A stretch of DNA of 64,000 bases. It comes from a virus. How positions within the stretch are numbered: position 1 is the stretch's first letter; every line of letters starts with the position of its first letter. Where the stretch lies: the IMG/VR virus record IMGVR_UViG_3300008116_000004; one strand, given 5' to 3'. A program made the translations under genes and the position numbers. Below the pieces are notes generated by a model. The model was not told the DNA's origin, made no database searches, and was given only the letters and a program-made list of their open reading frames with translations. Shown here in pieces: positions 1 to 9,293 of this stretch.

Positions 1-265
1 CAACCCAAGAAAGAGATGGTCCTTGTAATGTAAAAACTGCAATAAAAAGAAAAATATTACGCACCCAATCACTATTAAACTTAAATGCTTTATGTGTTAA
101 GTAGCGATGGTTGATCATACCTATTCCGATACCACCCATTATAACTGCTATACCATAAGCAATCAACCAATGATACCATGATGCATACATTATCATAGGT
201 ATAAAGGAAAGATGAGCAATTAATTGAGTTATTAATACAATATAGGAATCTAAAGTATATTTCAT
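1..265 (-). CDS. Membrane fatty-acid desaturase (delta-9/DesC-Ole1-like), N-terminal part; runs off the window edge
   Basis: Not in the ORF track. Manual translation from ATG at 265: MKYTLDSYIVLITQLIAH...GIGIGMINHRYLTHKAF...FTLQGPSLSWV. Hydrophobic helices, first His box HRxxxH and the QGP..W motif of delta-9 desaturases. Confidence 0.85.
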   Translation of the reverse strand, partial: MKYTLDSYIVLITQLIAHLSFIPMIMYASWYHWLIAYGIAVIMGGIGIGMINHRYLTHKAFKFNSDWVRNIFLFIAVFTLQGPSLSWV

Positions 266-273
266 TAGTTTAT

Positions 274-1431
274 TTATAGACTTGAAAAAGCTAATGTAAT
301 ATTAGTACCACCAAAACCAAACGAGTTGTTTAAGGTTACTTTTTGTTTGCTATTGTAGATTTCCGTAGGCAGATTAATATCTTTTTTAGATATAGAATTA
401 TCTAATTCGTCTAAATTCCAATTAGGTATTACCACATCATGTTTTAATGCTAAAAGACATGCAAGTGTCTCTATTGCACCTGCTGCACCAAAAAGATGTC
501 CATGTAAACTCTTTGTAGAACTGACTGGTATATATTTTGCTTTATCACCAAACAAACTAATTATACTCTGCAATTCAACTATATCACCTGTTGGTGTGCC
601 TGTACCATGTGCGTTAATATAGGTAATATCGTCAAACAAAATATTTTTAGTTGCAATTTGCATTGCTTTTATTTGTCCTGGTGTGTTAGGTTTAGTAACG
701 GATTCAGAACCATTAGTAGCACCATACCCTACTATTTCACCGTAAATATTAGCATTTCTTTTCAATGCGTGATCAAGCTCTTCTAATATAAAAATTACTG
801 AACCCTCAGACATAGTAATACCGTTTCTGTTTTTTGAGAACGGTTTGCAGTCATCACTTAATGCATTCATTGCTTTCCAGAATGCAAATTGTAATTCATT
901 AATACAAGCTTCCGCACCACCAGCTGCAAGACAATCATACTCCCCATATGCAATTTTTTTATATGCTTCACCGATTGCAGTTGATGCAGATGCACATGCT
1001 GTAGAATATGTAAAAGCTGGACCTGTTATATTCTCTTTTAAAGCAATAAAGTTAGCACCCATATTAACCACTGAGCAAACTAATGCGGTAGGTTTTACTT
1101 TATTCTTAGCAAATAAACTTCTATAAGATTCTTCGTATGTTAATGCACCACCACCATAACCAACACCTAAAAATATACCTTCTGGTTGTACGGAGCTATC
1201 ATTTTTTGCATCTAAGAAAGAAAGGTATGCCAGTCGTGTAAATCTATCAGTGACGTTTAAATCAAATCTATCAAAATGTGAATCTATATTATCTTTAACT
1301 ATATAAGCAGCCGATCCAAATATATACTCTTTGGTACCCTGCTTACCAGTAAAGAGTGATTCTTTAATTTCTGATAAATTATTACCAATAGGTGTTCTAC
1401 TACCTACACCCGTAACTACAACACGTCTCAT
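274..1431 (-). CDS. fabF: Beta-ketoacyl-ACP synthase II (FabF/KAS II-like)
   Basis: RRVVVTG start, TACAS catalytic Cys, NAHGTGT and GHLFGAAG His residues (Cys-His-His triad), C-terminal NSFGFGGTN. Confidence 0.93.
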   Translation of the reverse strand: MRRVVVTGVGSRTPIGNNLSEIKESLFTGKQGTKEYIFGSAAYIVKDNIDSHFDRFDLNVTDRFTRLAYLSFLDAKNDSSVQPEGIFLGVGYGGGALTYEESYRSLFAKNKVKPTALVCSVVNMGANFIALKENITGPAFTYSTACASASTAIGEAYKKIAYGEYDCLAAGGAEACINELQFAFWKAMNALSDDCKPFSKNRNGITMSEGSVIFILEELDHALKRNANIYGEIVGYGATNGSESVTKPNTPGQIKAMQIATKNILFDDITYINAHGTGTPTGDIVELQSIISLFGDKAKYIPVSSTKSLHGHLFGAAGAIETLACLLALKHDVVIPNWNLDELDNSISKKDINLPTEIYNSKQKVTLNNSFGFGGTNITLAFSSL

Positions 1432-1685
1432 TCTTTATCGATATTTTCGTAGAGGTAATCGATCAATTCTTCAATAGTTGTAGCACCACTTTCAATAGTA
1501 ATAGTATTAATTTTAAAGATATCTTCTAATTCAGACATAAAAGTTATTACTTCTAGTGAGTCTAGCTTTTCATTTAATTCTTTAAGACGGGATAACGGAT
1601 AGCTTCTATCAAATGTGCTAAGATCAATACCGTAACTTTTATTAAAGTGATCAAAAACTACTTTTGCGATCTCTTCTTTGGTCAT
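1428..1685 (-). CDS. Acyl carrier protein-like
   Basis: Small acidic protein with LDSLE phosphopantetheine-Ser motif followed by ELEDIF; GGAG SD before ATG at 1685; ATGA overlap with fabF. Confidence 0.8.
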   Translation of the reverse strand: MTKEEIAKVVFDHFNKSYGIDLSTFDRSYPLSRLKELNEKLDSLEVITFMSELEDIFKINTITIESGATTIEELIDYLYENIDKE

Positions 1686-1705
1686 TATAATCTCCATAAT
1701 ATAGT

Positions 1706-2040
1706 GTGAGGTGTTTCTGTTTCCAAGCACACCTCACGAAGCTCATGTGACTCAGGCTGCTAGAGCGTAAGCACCATATGCATTGTTATCGTTTGCATTT
1801 ACGAGTTTGCATCAGTCTCAGGTTAGCCTTTACTACACCTGTCGATCCTGTTTCGCCCCCATCAAAGATACACTGTGAGACACCGCTTTGCTCAGTGCGA
1901 ACAGTTATATACTAGTCTCTTCCGCCTTACCCTCTTTATAATAGGAGGACTGTTGCACCCAACGACCAGTGTATCCGTGGTGGAGGCGGCGGGTACTGCC
2001 CCCGCGTCCAGAATGTCTATTCTACTTCCGTCAACGACAT
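1706..2040 (-). ncRNA. ssrA: Circularly permuted (two-piece) tmRNA, alphaproteobacterial type
   Basis: Acceptor piece GGACGCGGGGGCAGTACCCGCCGCCTCCACCA ends at 1978; 117-nt intervening segment; coding piece begins GGGGGCGAAACAGGATCGAC at 1860; tag ORF 1796-1752 reads ANDNNAYGAYALAA*; terminal hairpin 1706-1737. Outer ends approximate. Confidence 0.93.
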
Positions 2041-2048
2041 CAGCTCTT

Positions 2049-2082
2049 TATTTATAGTATAGTTAAAAATTAAAATCAACTG
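2049..2082 (-). promoter_or_regulatory. Composite sigma70-like / T4 late promoter for tmRNA
   Basis: Minus strand CAGTTGATT-N17-TATAAATA; the -10 coincides with the T4 late consensus TATAAATA. Confidence 0.55.
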
Positions 2083-2286
2083 TTAAATCTTACCCCAATC
2101 GATCTTATTCCATATTCTCTCATTAATAAAATAAGACAAAGTCCATAAACAGTTAATAATAATAGTAGGTATAATTGCATCAGCCATATTCTGACCAGTA
2201 ACAAGAAGCATGATATAAGTTGTCATAATTACAAACAACCTGTAAATTAACGACTTAACAATCGTTCTTTTAAGAGTAGCTTTCAT
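2083..2286 (-). CDS. Small membrane protein (DUF2061-like)
   Basis: RTIVKSLIYR...ERIWNKIDWG pattern; two hydrophobic segments. Confidence 0.6.
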   Translation of the reverse strand: MKATLKRTIVKSLIYRLFVIMTTYIMLLVTGQNMADAIIPTIIINCLWTLSYFINERIWNKIDWGKI

Positions 2287-2981
2287 ACGTTATACTTCTC
2301 TTTATACTCTTGTCTTACTTGCATTAGTTTATTAACATATACATCTCTACGATCTTCAAATATCTGCGGCACTTCATTATCAACAGAAATTAAAATAACT
2401 ATTCTACTTACTGGTATATTATATCTCTCTTCAAACATAATAGCATATGCAGAGGCTTGACAAAAGTAATTAAGAATATAATCTCTGTTTTTATGTTTAC
2501 GAGCTGTCTTAAAATCAATAATAGAAAGTTTACCTTTCCATTCTGCAACACAGTCTACAGTACCTGCCATCTGAAGATGATCGGAATACATTCTTGTTTC
2601 TTGCAATCTTACATTATCAATATGATTATCTAAGAGAGGTTTTAACTCTTTAAAATTTAAAGAGTCGTTATAGTTATACTTAGAATAATCTATCTCATCA
2701 TTGTTAATGTAATCTTCACATAATTGATGAATACGAGTACCTCTAGTAGCAGCTTGTGTGCTGATACGAGTAGCTTCTTCTTCACCTACTTTTCTTCTCC
2801 ATTCCTGAATAGCTTTCTGATTCATAATACCTGTAACTGTAGTAACAGACGGATATAATAAACCTTCTGGCGTTTTATAATATCTACCAGAGTCTGTATT
2901 AACCTGTTCAAGTATATTATTTACTTCAGGAATCTCGATATGATTAAAAGTTTTTCTTTGTTTTAAAATATTTTCTAGCAT
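2283..2981 (-). CDS. PD-(D/E)XK exonuclease (T4-like phage exonuclease)
   Basis: YPSVTTV, RGTRIH, AGTVDC, IIDFKT, QASAY motifs. Confidence 0.85.
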   Translation of the reverse strand: MLENILKQRKTFNHIEIPEVNNILEQVNTDSGRYYKTPEGLLYPSVTTVTGIMNQKAIQEWRRKVGEEEATRISTQAATRGTRIHQLCEDYINNDEIDYSKYNYNDSLNFKELKPLLDNHIDNVRLQETRMYSDHLQMAGTVDCVAEWKGKLSIIDFKTARKHKNRDYILNYFCQASAYAIMFEERYNIPVSRIVILISVDNEVPQIFEDRRDVYVNKLMQVRQEYKEKYNV

Positions 2982-2982
2982 G

Positions 2983-3672
2983 TTACTTTATAAAATGATA
3001 ATCACCATCAGGTCCATTATCACTAAAAGCATTATCGTCAACTAAAATAAATCCCTTAGAACGTATATAATCAATAATAATATCTTTATGTGGTGCACCT
3101 TTGTTGTATTCTACTTTTTGTAATTCCATAATAAGATGTTTTGTATGCTGTAAACAGATATCAGCACCTTTAAGTACGTCTAGTTCTGCACCTTGTACAT
3201 CTATCTTAATCAGATCTGGTAAAGGAAAGTTTTTATTTTTAACTACATTATCTAAAGTAGATGTAGTATATTCTTTAATATGAGATTCGTTAAAATAATG
3301 TTCTGCACCAGAATTAAATTTAGGGTTTTCTCTGTAGTAAGAATTTCCACCAGGAAAAAAATTGTTCTGATAGAATTTAACTATATTACCAGTAGCGTCT
3401 GATAGTACACCGATGTTATAACCAGCAATATCAGAATCTTTAAAAATAAATTCTACTTCAGGCATTGCTTCAAAGCAGTAGAAGTTAGATGTAGGCCATA
3501 TTTGTTTTGCTTCATTTGTCCAGTGAAGTACACAAGCACCTATATCGTAAACTACCTCAGGTACAAACTTATAGTAGTTTTTAATTCTACTAAGATAGTT
3601 AGAATGCACCTGAGGTAGTAATTTTTTTTCGCTTAATTCTTTAAGATGTTTTTCAATTTCATTCATAATCAA
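2983..3672 (-). CDS. FkbM-family SAM methyltransferase
   Basis: VYDIGAC, FEAMP, DLIKIDVQGAELDVLKG. Confidence 0.85.
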   Translation of the reverse strand: MIMNEIEKHLKELSEKKLLPQVHSNYLSRIKNYYKFVPEVVYDIGACVLHWTNEAKQIWPTSNFYCFEAMPEVEFIFKDSDIAGYNIGVLSDATGNIVKFYQNNFFPGGNSYYRENPKFNSGAEHYFNESHIKEYTTSTLDNVVKNKNFPLPDLIKIDVQGAELDVLKGADICLQHTKHLIMELQKVEYNKGAPHKDIIIDYIRSKGFILVDDNAFSDNGPDGDYHFIK

Positions 3673-4445
3673 TTTAAGTAAGTAGATACTGTATCAGTCT
3701 CCTTATTAATATATCTTCTATTTTCCATAGCAGTCTTTTTAATAATAAAGTCTTTTACTAGTCCTGATCTTACAATATCCTCTTCTACAAATTCTACTGA
3801 ACTAAAATATTTATTCATTCTCTCTAGTATTTTCATAAATTTAAGAATACCAGATCTTTCATCATCATATACTAGATCAGTTTGTCTATAATCTCCACAG
3901 AAAATTATTCTTGAATTTTTACCTACACGTGTTATAACAGTGCATAGTTCACTATAGGTCATATTTTGACATTCATCTACTATAATTATAGTATTATCTA
4001 AAGTTGTTCCTCTTAGAAATGATGTTGTCTGGAAGTCTATTATACCTTTACCTTTAAGTATCTCATATGCATCACCTCTACCGTAAAGTTCTGAGCATAT
4101 TGATTGATAAGGTAGTTCAAATATTTTTGATTTTTCTTTTATTGAACCGGGAAGAAATCCCATATCTCGGGAAGGCACCACTGATCGTATCAGTGTAATA
4201 TTATTGTAGTCTTTATACTGTTCTATTTCTGAAAGAGCAAGGTAGAGTGAAATGAATGATTTGCCGGTACCAGGCAATCCATGTATTAAAATGTTTCTAC
4301 CATTTGAAAAGTCTTTGAACACACACTCCTGATTTTTTGTTTTGGGGATAATCGATTTGAGTATTAGGTTATTTTTTACTTGTTTAGCCTCTTGACGCTT
4401 TTGTTGTTTAATTAATCTCTTTTCAGCGCGTGTGAGTCTTTCCAT
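3669..4445 (-). CDS. phoH: PhoH-family ATPase
   Basis: GLPGTGKS Walker A, MGFLPG, FLRGTT, IIVDECQN, GDYRQTD, DIVRSGLV. Confidence 0.93.
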   Translation of the reverse strand: MERLTRAEKRLIKQQKRQEAKQVKNNLILKSIIPKTKNQECVFKDFSNGRNILIHGLPGTGKSFISLYLALSEIEQYKDYNNITLIRSVVPSRDMGFLPGSIKEKSKIFELPYQSICSELYGRGDAYEILKGKGIIDFQTTSFLRGTTLDNTIIIVDECQNMTYSELCTVITRVGKNSRIIFCGDYRQTDLVYDDERSGILKFMKILERMNKYFSSVEFVEEDIVRSGLVKDFIIKKTAMENRRYINKETDTVSTYLN

Positions 4446-4460
4446 GTGGTACCTCTTTTT

Positions 4461-4694
4461 TTACCAGGTGTTGACGGTACTCCCTCTATGTGCTCTTTTC
4501 ACTTTCTTTAAAACATCACGAAAACCTCCATCAGGTTTTCTCAAACCTAATCGAGTTGGATCTGCAATAGCAGGAGCCGATAATACTTGTTGAAGATGTG
4601 GGTTGTTTTCTACGTAGGCATCGTATTCAGAGATCGGCATGGATATGTCGAACTCTTTACCAGTTTTAGTATCATAAAACGTATAATTAGCCAT
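4461..4694 (-). CDS. FmdB-like small protein (T4-like conserved)
   Basis: MANYTFYDTKTGKEFD...KPDGGFRDVLKKV pattern. Confidence 0.5.
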   Translation of the reverse strand: MANYTFYDTKTGKEFDISMPISEYDAYVENNPHLQQVLSAPAIADPTRLGLRKPDGGFRDVLKKVKRAHRGSTVNTW

Positions 4695-4884
4695 TAACTA
4701 AAATGCCTTTCGACTTCCAATAATCCTGGATGTCTTTTTTATTTAGGGGATCTAACCCTTTAGAAAGCATTTCTTCTTCAACTAAATCTTGTAAATATGC
4801 TTTTTCATTAAGATTTCTAGGATTATAATACTCATCTATCAACTTATCTACTGTTACTTTAGTACTGTTAAGAATCTGAGACAC
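4687..4884 (-). CDS. Hypothetical protein
   Basis: Tiled ORF in the operon. Confidence 0.55.
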   Translation of the reverse strand: MSQILNSTKVTVDKLIDEYYNPRNLNEKAYLQDLVEEEMLSKGLDPLNKKDIQDYWKSKGILVNG

Positions 4885-5053
4885 CTAACATCTCCCTAAG
4901 TTTGTGTTGAACTCTTTTAAGAGCAGCTGGTTCGTGTTCATTGAATACTATGAGGGTCTCTTGAACACCTTTTTTGCGACCCTCAAGCCAATAATAGAAT
5001 GCTACCACTGCAATAAGCAGAGTATATAAAACTGCGCTTGTTATATTATCCAT
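4868..5053 (-). CDS. Hypothetical membrane-anchored protein
   Basis: N-terminal TM helix; tiled ORF. Confidence 0.55.
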   Translation of the reverse strand: MDNITSAVLYTLLIAVVAFYYWLEGRKKGVQETLIVFNEHEPAALKRVQHKLREMLGVSDS

Positions 5054-5250
5054 TAGTCGTCTTCGTATGATAAGAGTTTATCAAGATCTTTTGAGCGTAA
5101 AGCATTATCATAATTACGGTAATGCTTCTGCATTTTTTCTCGTTTTACTTCTCTAAAACTGAGATTTTCTTCTTCTGTAATGTAACTGTTATTAAAAGTC
5201 TTTTTTTTATTTTTAAATTCTGTTTTATGGAATTTAGTAGAGTTGTTCAT
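5053..5250 (-). CDS. Hypothetical protein
   Basis: Tiled ORF. Confidence 0.55.
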   Translation of the reverse strand: MNNSTKFHKTEFKNKKKTFNNSYITEEENLSFREVKREKMQKHYRNYDNALRSKDLDKLLSYEDD

Positions 5251-5675
5251 TCTGGAATAAGCCCTGGAAATGCTAGGTTAACTACTTCTTTTGTAATGCC
5301 CTTAAAAGGACATTTTTTATCTTTCATGCTTAAAAGAAGCTTAGCATCATCTGCACTTACATTTTCAAGCATCTGGATAAAAATCTGTTCTCGCCTCATC
5401 GGCTTAAGATTCGGATTTCCACCTTCTACTAACAAATAAAAGCGAGGCACTTCGTTAATAAATGCCTTAGGTTCATCAAATTTATTTGGAATATAAGGTG
5501 GTACACCTTCTGGTAAAAGAAATTTAACATTAGGATCGAACCAGCCTGCAAGCACAGTTCGCACTGCTAAATTATTATTAAGTTTAAGCGCTTGCACTCG
5601 TTCTTCTTTTTTCTTCAATTCATTAATTTTAGCAAATAACTTTGCTACACCATCAATCTTATATTGAAATGACAT
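5247..5675 (-). CDS. Conserved T4-like phage hypothetical protein
   Basis: FDPNVKFLLPEGVPPY, RREQIFIQMLE; typically next to RNase H in T4-like phages. Confidence 0.65.
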   Translation of the reverse strand: MSFQYKIDGVAKLFAKINELKKKEERVQALKLNNNLAVRTVLAGWFDPNVKFLLPEGVPPYIPNKFDEPKAFINEVPRFYLLVEGGNPNLKPMRREQIFIQMLENVSADDAKLLLSMKDKKCPFKGITKEVVNLAFPGLIPE

Positions 5676-6535
5676 TAGAAATCACCTATATTTTCCATCA
5701 TATTTTTAAGTTTATAATTAATAAAATAGTTAAACAGTTTACTCTTATCCTTACCTTGTTCGCTGAGATATTTATTAATAACTTCGGTTCGAATACTATC
5801 TGGTACCATTGATAGATCCACCATATGCTTATTACGCATAAAGTTTCTATCTGTAGTACTATCTAAGAGCACTGCACCATCATTGTAGATCTTATTAATC
5901 TTTTTCTGAGTAAGAGGTTTCTGACGTTTATCAGCTACAAAAGTATCATCATCAGATAATACATTTGGTATACCATCACCAACATCACCTTTAAGAATAT
6001 GCTCTACAAGAAAGCGCTCTGGATTATCATGTGTAATCCATTTCTTTCTTACTGGGTCATATTGCTTAACGTTAGACTGTGTTTGTAATTGAACGAAGTC
6101 TTTATCACCAGAAAGGATAATAATCTTATGTACATCGTTAGTATGTTTGACTAGTGATGCAATAATATCATCAGCTTCAGCTGTATCGACCTGAATGACA
6201 GGATAGGGCAAATTATCTTTTATTTCTTGTTTAATTTTATTAAAGATATCAAATATATTAGTCCAATTTAATTCAGACTCTTCACGATTCTTTTTACGGT
6301 TGGCTTTGTAGTAAGGGAAGATCTGCTTACGCCAATAGTTCTTATCATCACATGCTATAATCATCTCACCATATTCTTCACCAAACTTCTGTTTGTATGA
6401 ACGAAGTGAGTTGATCACCATATGACGAAACAATCCTTCTTCGATAGGAATGTTCGTATGATTTCCAATCTGCATCATCAGATTAGATATCATGACTTGG
6501 TTAAAATCAACGATAATCATTTTAAATGTTTCCAC
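5675..6535 (-). CDS. rnh: T4-type RNase H (5'-3' exonuclease)
   Basis: IIVDFNQ, YWRK..FPYYKANR, EADDII, SGDKDFVQL, GDVGDGIPN. Confidence 0.93.
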   Translation of the reverse strand: METFKMIIVDFNQVMISNLMMQIGNHTNIPIEEGLFRHMVINSLRSYKQKFGEEYGEMIIACDDKNYWRKQIFPYYKANRKKNREESELNWTNIFDIFNKIKQEIKDNLPYPVIQVDTAEADDIIASLVKHTNDVHKIIILSGDKDFVQLQTQSNVKQYDPVRKKWITHDNPERFLVEHILKGDVGDGIPNVLSDDDTFVADKRQKPLTQKKINKIYNDGAVLLDSTTDRNFMRNKHMVDLSMVPDSIRTEVINKYLSEQGKDKSKLFNYFINYKLKNMMENIGDF

Positions 6536-6572
6536 ATAAATCTGTACTATAATATATTATATAGTTATTAAT

Positions 6573-6962
6573 TTATGTGTGCAAGTTATTTTCTTCAATT
6601 ATTCTATCCAATTCTTTCTTAGCATCTGCTTCTAGTGTGATTGTAGCTTCTGCTAAGTCTTGAAACGAATGATTCAGATCTTTTGTTGTATAAACCATAG
6701 CACGGATTGCTTCTTCTAAGAAAACTACCGATTTTACTACACTTTCATCTGGTTTAATTGTGAGACCATAAGATGTAAGTACTGCAAAGACTGCTTCGAA
6801 AGCATCTGCTGTTACTTCATCACAATATGTACGTCTCACTTGTTCAACATGATCTATAGTCTGTTCAAGATTATTTGGAAAAGGACTGTTAGATTTTGTT
6901 GGAAATTGTATAATGTTGTCCATATTTCTGCCATATAGTATGGTGACATTATTATTTATCAT
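6573..6962 (-). CDS. Hypothetical protein
   Basis: ORF track; probable start at MDNIIQFP. Confidence 0.55.
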   Translation of the reverse strand: MINNNVTILYGRNMDNIIQFPTKSNSPFPNNLEQTIDHVEQVRRTYCDEVTADAFEAVFAVLTSYGLTIKPDESVVKSVVFLEEAIRAMVYTTKDLNHSFQDLAEATITLEADAKKELDRIIEENNLHT

Positions 6963-7350
6963 ACTTTATAGCTTGTATGATTACTGCAGCTGCCACCGTT
7001 TTTTTATCTTTAGTAATAGAAGCAATAATAGATGGTCTATAATTATTTGGTACTATAGCACTCAATCTATTTGATGCTCCACCAAAGAGTTTTATTTCGG
7101 GTGCACCTGATGTGTTATAAAACAAAACTATATCTTTAGGTCTTACGTTATTATCAAATCCAGTACCTAAAGCTTTTGCGCACGCTTCTTTAATTGCAAA
7201 ACGTTTAGCATAATAAACAGCTTCGTTTGTATCTTCAGTAATTTCTTCTTGAGAAAAATTATTTTTGATAAATCTTTCTCTGATTGATCTCTTTAATATA
7301 TCTTTAATTCTAGATACATTACAGAGATCAATTCCAATTCCTATAATCAT
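6952..7350 (-). CDS. acpS: Holo-ACP synthase (4'-phosphopantetheinyl transferase)
   Basis: MIIGIGIDL, AKRFAIKEACAKALGTG, SGAP; C-terminal SITKD resembles the rhizobial ITDD type. Confidence 0.92.
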   Translation of the reverse strand: MIIGIGIDLCNVSRIKDILKRSIRERFIKNNFSQEEITEDTNEAVYYAKRFAIKEACAKALGTGFDNNVRPKDIVLFYNTSGAPEIKLFGGASNRLSAIVPNNYRPSIIASITKDKKTVAAAVIIQAIKYDK

Positions 7351-8468
7351 TTAACTACTTTAAGTAGAATTACATTGTTGTTAATTCTATCTGAAAATGT
7401 GATAGGATCTGATGAGATATCATCCATAAGTTTACGAAGTACTATCTTACCTCCAGAAAGTACTTTCTTGATATACTCTTCTGGTTTACGACCGATACGT
7501 TTAGTTACGGAAGAATCGCTATCAAAGCCATCAATAGAAGTGCGCCGTACACTGAGACCAGCAGGCCCACGAGCCCTAAACACGCTAAGAGTTTTGTACT
7601 TAGTATTAAAGGTCCAAAGTTCTTGAGAGCCGATAACCGTTGCGGGGTCACACGATTGTAATTTATACTCATTGCTTTCTTTCTGATATTGGAAATGTTT
7701 CAAGAGTTTTTCTGTGGTAGGAGCTTTCTTCTTACGAGGAGCACGAGCTTTCTTTACATTACCTGCAAAGCGCTCGCAGTCCTCGATAAGCTTAGCGACA
7801 TATGCTAACTTAGCTTTTAATTGAGGCTTCGTATAGTGAGTGTAGCCCTCATTGTCTTCGACAACAGCGTAAGCATACTCATCACGAAGAGGCCTATAAA
7901 ATTCAGCAATTCTGTTCGCATGTTGAGCCGGTATCTCATTTTTCTGTAACCACTCATAAATGTTGACCTGTTCACCTGAATCAAGAATAGCTTCTACATC
8001 ACCAATAATATCTGAAACGCGTTCTTTGATACGTTCCTGAATAGACGGTTTAACTTTAAGTTCAGCAGGTTTTACTTCTACCTCCTCACCTATGTTAGTC
8101 ATATTTCTAATATCATCTATAACACGTTTATATTCAAAGTCTTTAAGATGTGCTTTATTATTAGATGCAATACGGCACATCCATGCAGACGTCAAGGGTA
8201 AACGCTTCTCAGGTATACGATCAATAGCCTTAATCATATCCTTATCAGTCTTAAAATATTCTTTGAGGTAAGCACGAGCTTCCTCATTCTCACACATAGT
8301 ATTATACCATGTGAATGCTCGGATTAACTCAACGGTACCTGGATTAATACCTACCTTAGGTTCATCACCAAGATACTTCCAGTTAACCAGATAGGTTTCT
8401 GACTTAGTAGTACGTTTAGTCTTTTTCGTTTTGACTTTAAGTAATGACTTAGCCATTGTACCTCTCAC
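7347..8468 (-). CDS. Conserved hypothetical phage protein (basic)
   Basis: 373-aa ORF, Lys-rich, no recognised catalytic motif. Confidence 0.6.
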   Translation of the reverse strand: MRGTMAKSLLKVKTKKTKRTTKSETYLVNWKYLGDEPKVGINPGTVELIRAFTWYNTMCENEEARAYLKEYFKTDKDMIKAIDRIPEKRLPLTSAWMCRIASNNKAHLKDFEYKRVIDDIRNMTNIGEEVEVKPAELKVKPSIQERIKERVSDIIGDVEAILDSGEQVNIYEWLQKNEIPAQHANRIAEFYRPLRDEYAYAVVEDNEGYTHYTKPQLKAKLAYVAKLIEDCERFAGNVKKARAPRKKKAPTTEKLLKHFQYQKESNEYKLQSCDPATVIGSQELWTFNTKYKTLSVFRARGPAGLSVRRTSIDGFDSDSSVTKRIGRKPEEYIKKVLSGGKIVLRKLMDDISSDPITFSDRINNNVILLKVVK

Positions 8469-8483
8469 GTTACAGTAAGATAG

Positions 8484-8503
8484 GGGGCCGGTTTCCCGGC
8501 CCC
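8484..8503 (-). terminator. GC-rich hairpin (GAAA loop on the minus strand), probable terminator
   Basis: ggggccgg-tttc-ccggcccc just downstream of 8514-8741. Confidence 0.6.
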
Positions 8504-8513
8504 TTTATGTATA

Positions 8514-8741
8514 TTAAGCGGCTACTTGCTGTGAAGCAGTCTTACGAGTCTTTGCGACACCAGAAACTACTTCCATAGCAAACTGAGCCTTTGCCTTCTT
8601 GATATGAAGCTTGGCATTACCAGGCTTCAAACCCATCTGCCCAGTAAGATCAGAGAAGATAGTCTTCTCATCTGAACCAAGCTTCAGAGCACCAAGAATA
8701 AAAGAACGAACCGAACCTTTAGCATTACGAATGTTACGCAT
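8514..8741 (-). CDS. Early small basic protein
   Basis: AAGGAGA SD; own upstream promoter cassette. Confidence 0.65.
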   Translation of the reverse strand: MRNIRNAKGSVRSFILGALKLGSDEKTIFSDLTGQMGLKPGNAKLHIKKAKAQFAMEVVSGVAKTRKTASQQVAA

Positions 8742-8857
8742 GTCAATTTCTCCTTTGTTATGCGTTTCTCACTACATTGTTATAGTCGCATCTTTTCCTT
8801 ATTAGTGCAACTATTCTTTGCCACTTGGCAAAGCCTTGGATGCTCATAGAGCAAAAC

Positions 8858-9025
8858 TCACTCACACACAATATAAGATCTCTTACAAGATGATGGGTAC
8901 CAATCAAAATTGCCTAGTTTTCTTTTTATAAAAAACATAGCTTGAGATTCATTAGAAGCAAGAATTTTATGACTCTTATACACTTTTAAATCTCTATTTC
9001 TAAATTTAAAACGGTACACAAACAT
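8858..9025 (-). CDS. Early small protein (55 aa)
   Basis: Manual ORF MFVYRFKFRNRDLK...; GGAGA SD and promoter TTGCAA-N17-TACATT upstream. Confidence 0.55.
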   Translation of the reverse strand: MFVYRFKFRNRDLKVYKSHKILASNESQAMFFIKRKLGNFDWYPSSCKRSYIVCE

Positions 9026-9081
9026 TTGTATCTCCATCTCATCATATTACTAATGTAACGGTATTTGGAAATAATTGCAAC

Positions 9082-9231
9082 TTATTTTTTTCCGACATAT
9101 TCCATTACATAAGTCTCAGATCCATCAGGGTGTCTATGTGAACGGATAATAACCCATCCGTTTCCCTGCAACTCACGAAGGCGCTTTACACAATAGCGCG
9201 GCTGACCTGTAAATGTCTTAGTCATTATCAT
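9082..9231 (-). CDS. Early small protein (49 aa)
   Basis: Manual ORF MIMTKTFTGQPRYCVKRLRELQGNGW...; GGAGA SD and TTGCAT-N17-TATGAT promoter. Confidence 0.6.
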   Translation of the reverse strand: MIMTKTFTGQPRYCVKRLRELQGNGWVIIRSHRHPDGSETYVMEYVGKK

Positions 9232-9293
9232 ATCTCCATTTCTCATATTATTATCATAGTATTTTTCTGAAAATAATGCAACTTATATTTTCT

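Noticed and set aside
1-1685. Host chromosome/prophage junction at tmRNA explaining the lipid genes
   Set aside because: No integrase or att duplication seen; composition, strand and tight packing match the phage, the ACP is too divergent for a housekeeping AcpP, and a TATAAATA motif occurs at 271-278. Not fully excluded without flanking sequence.
1875-2057. 60-aa plus-strand ORF
   Set aside because: Antisense to the tmRNA acceptor piece and spacer.
2283-2981. Cas4-like nuclease suggesting a CRISPR system
   Set aside because: No repeat-spacer array or other cas genes seen; this is a common T4-like exonuclease.
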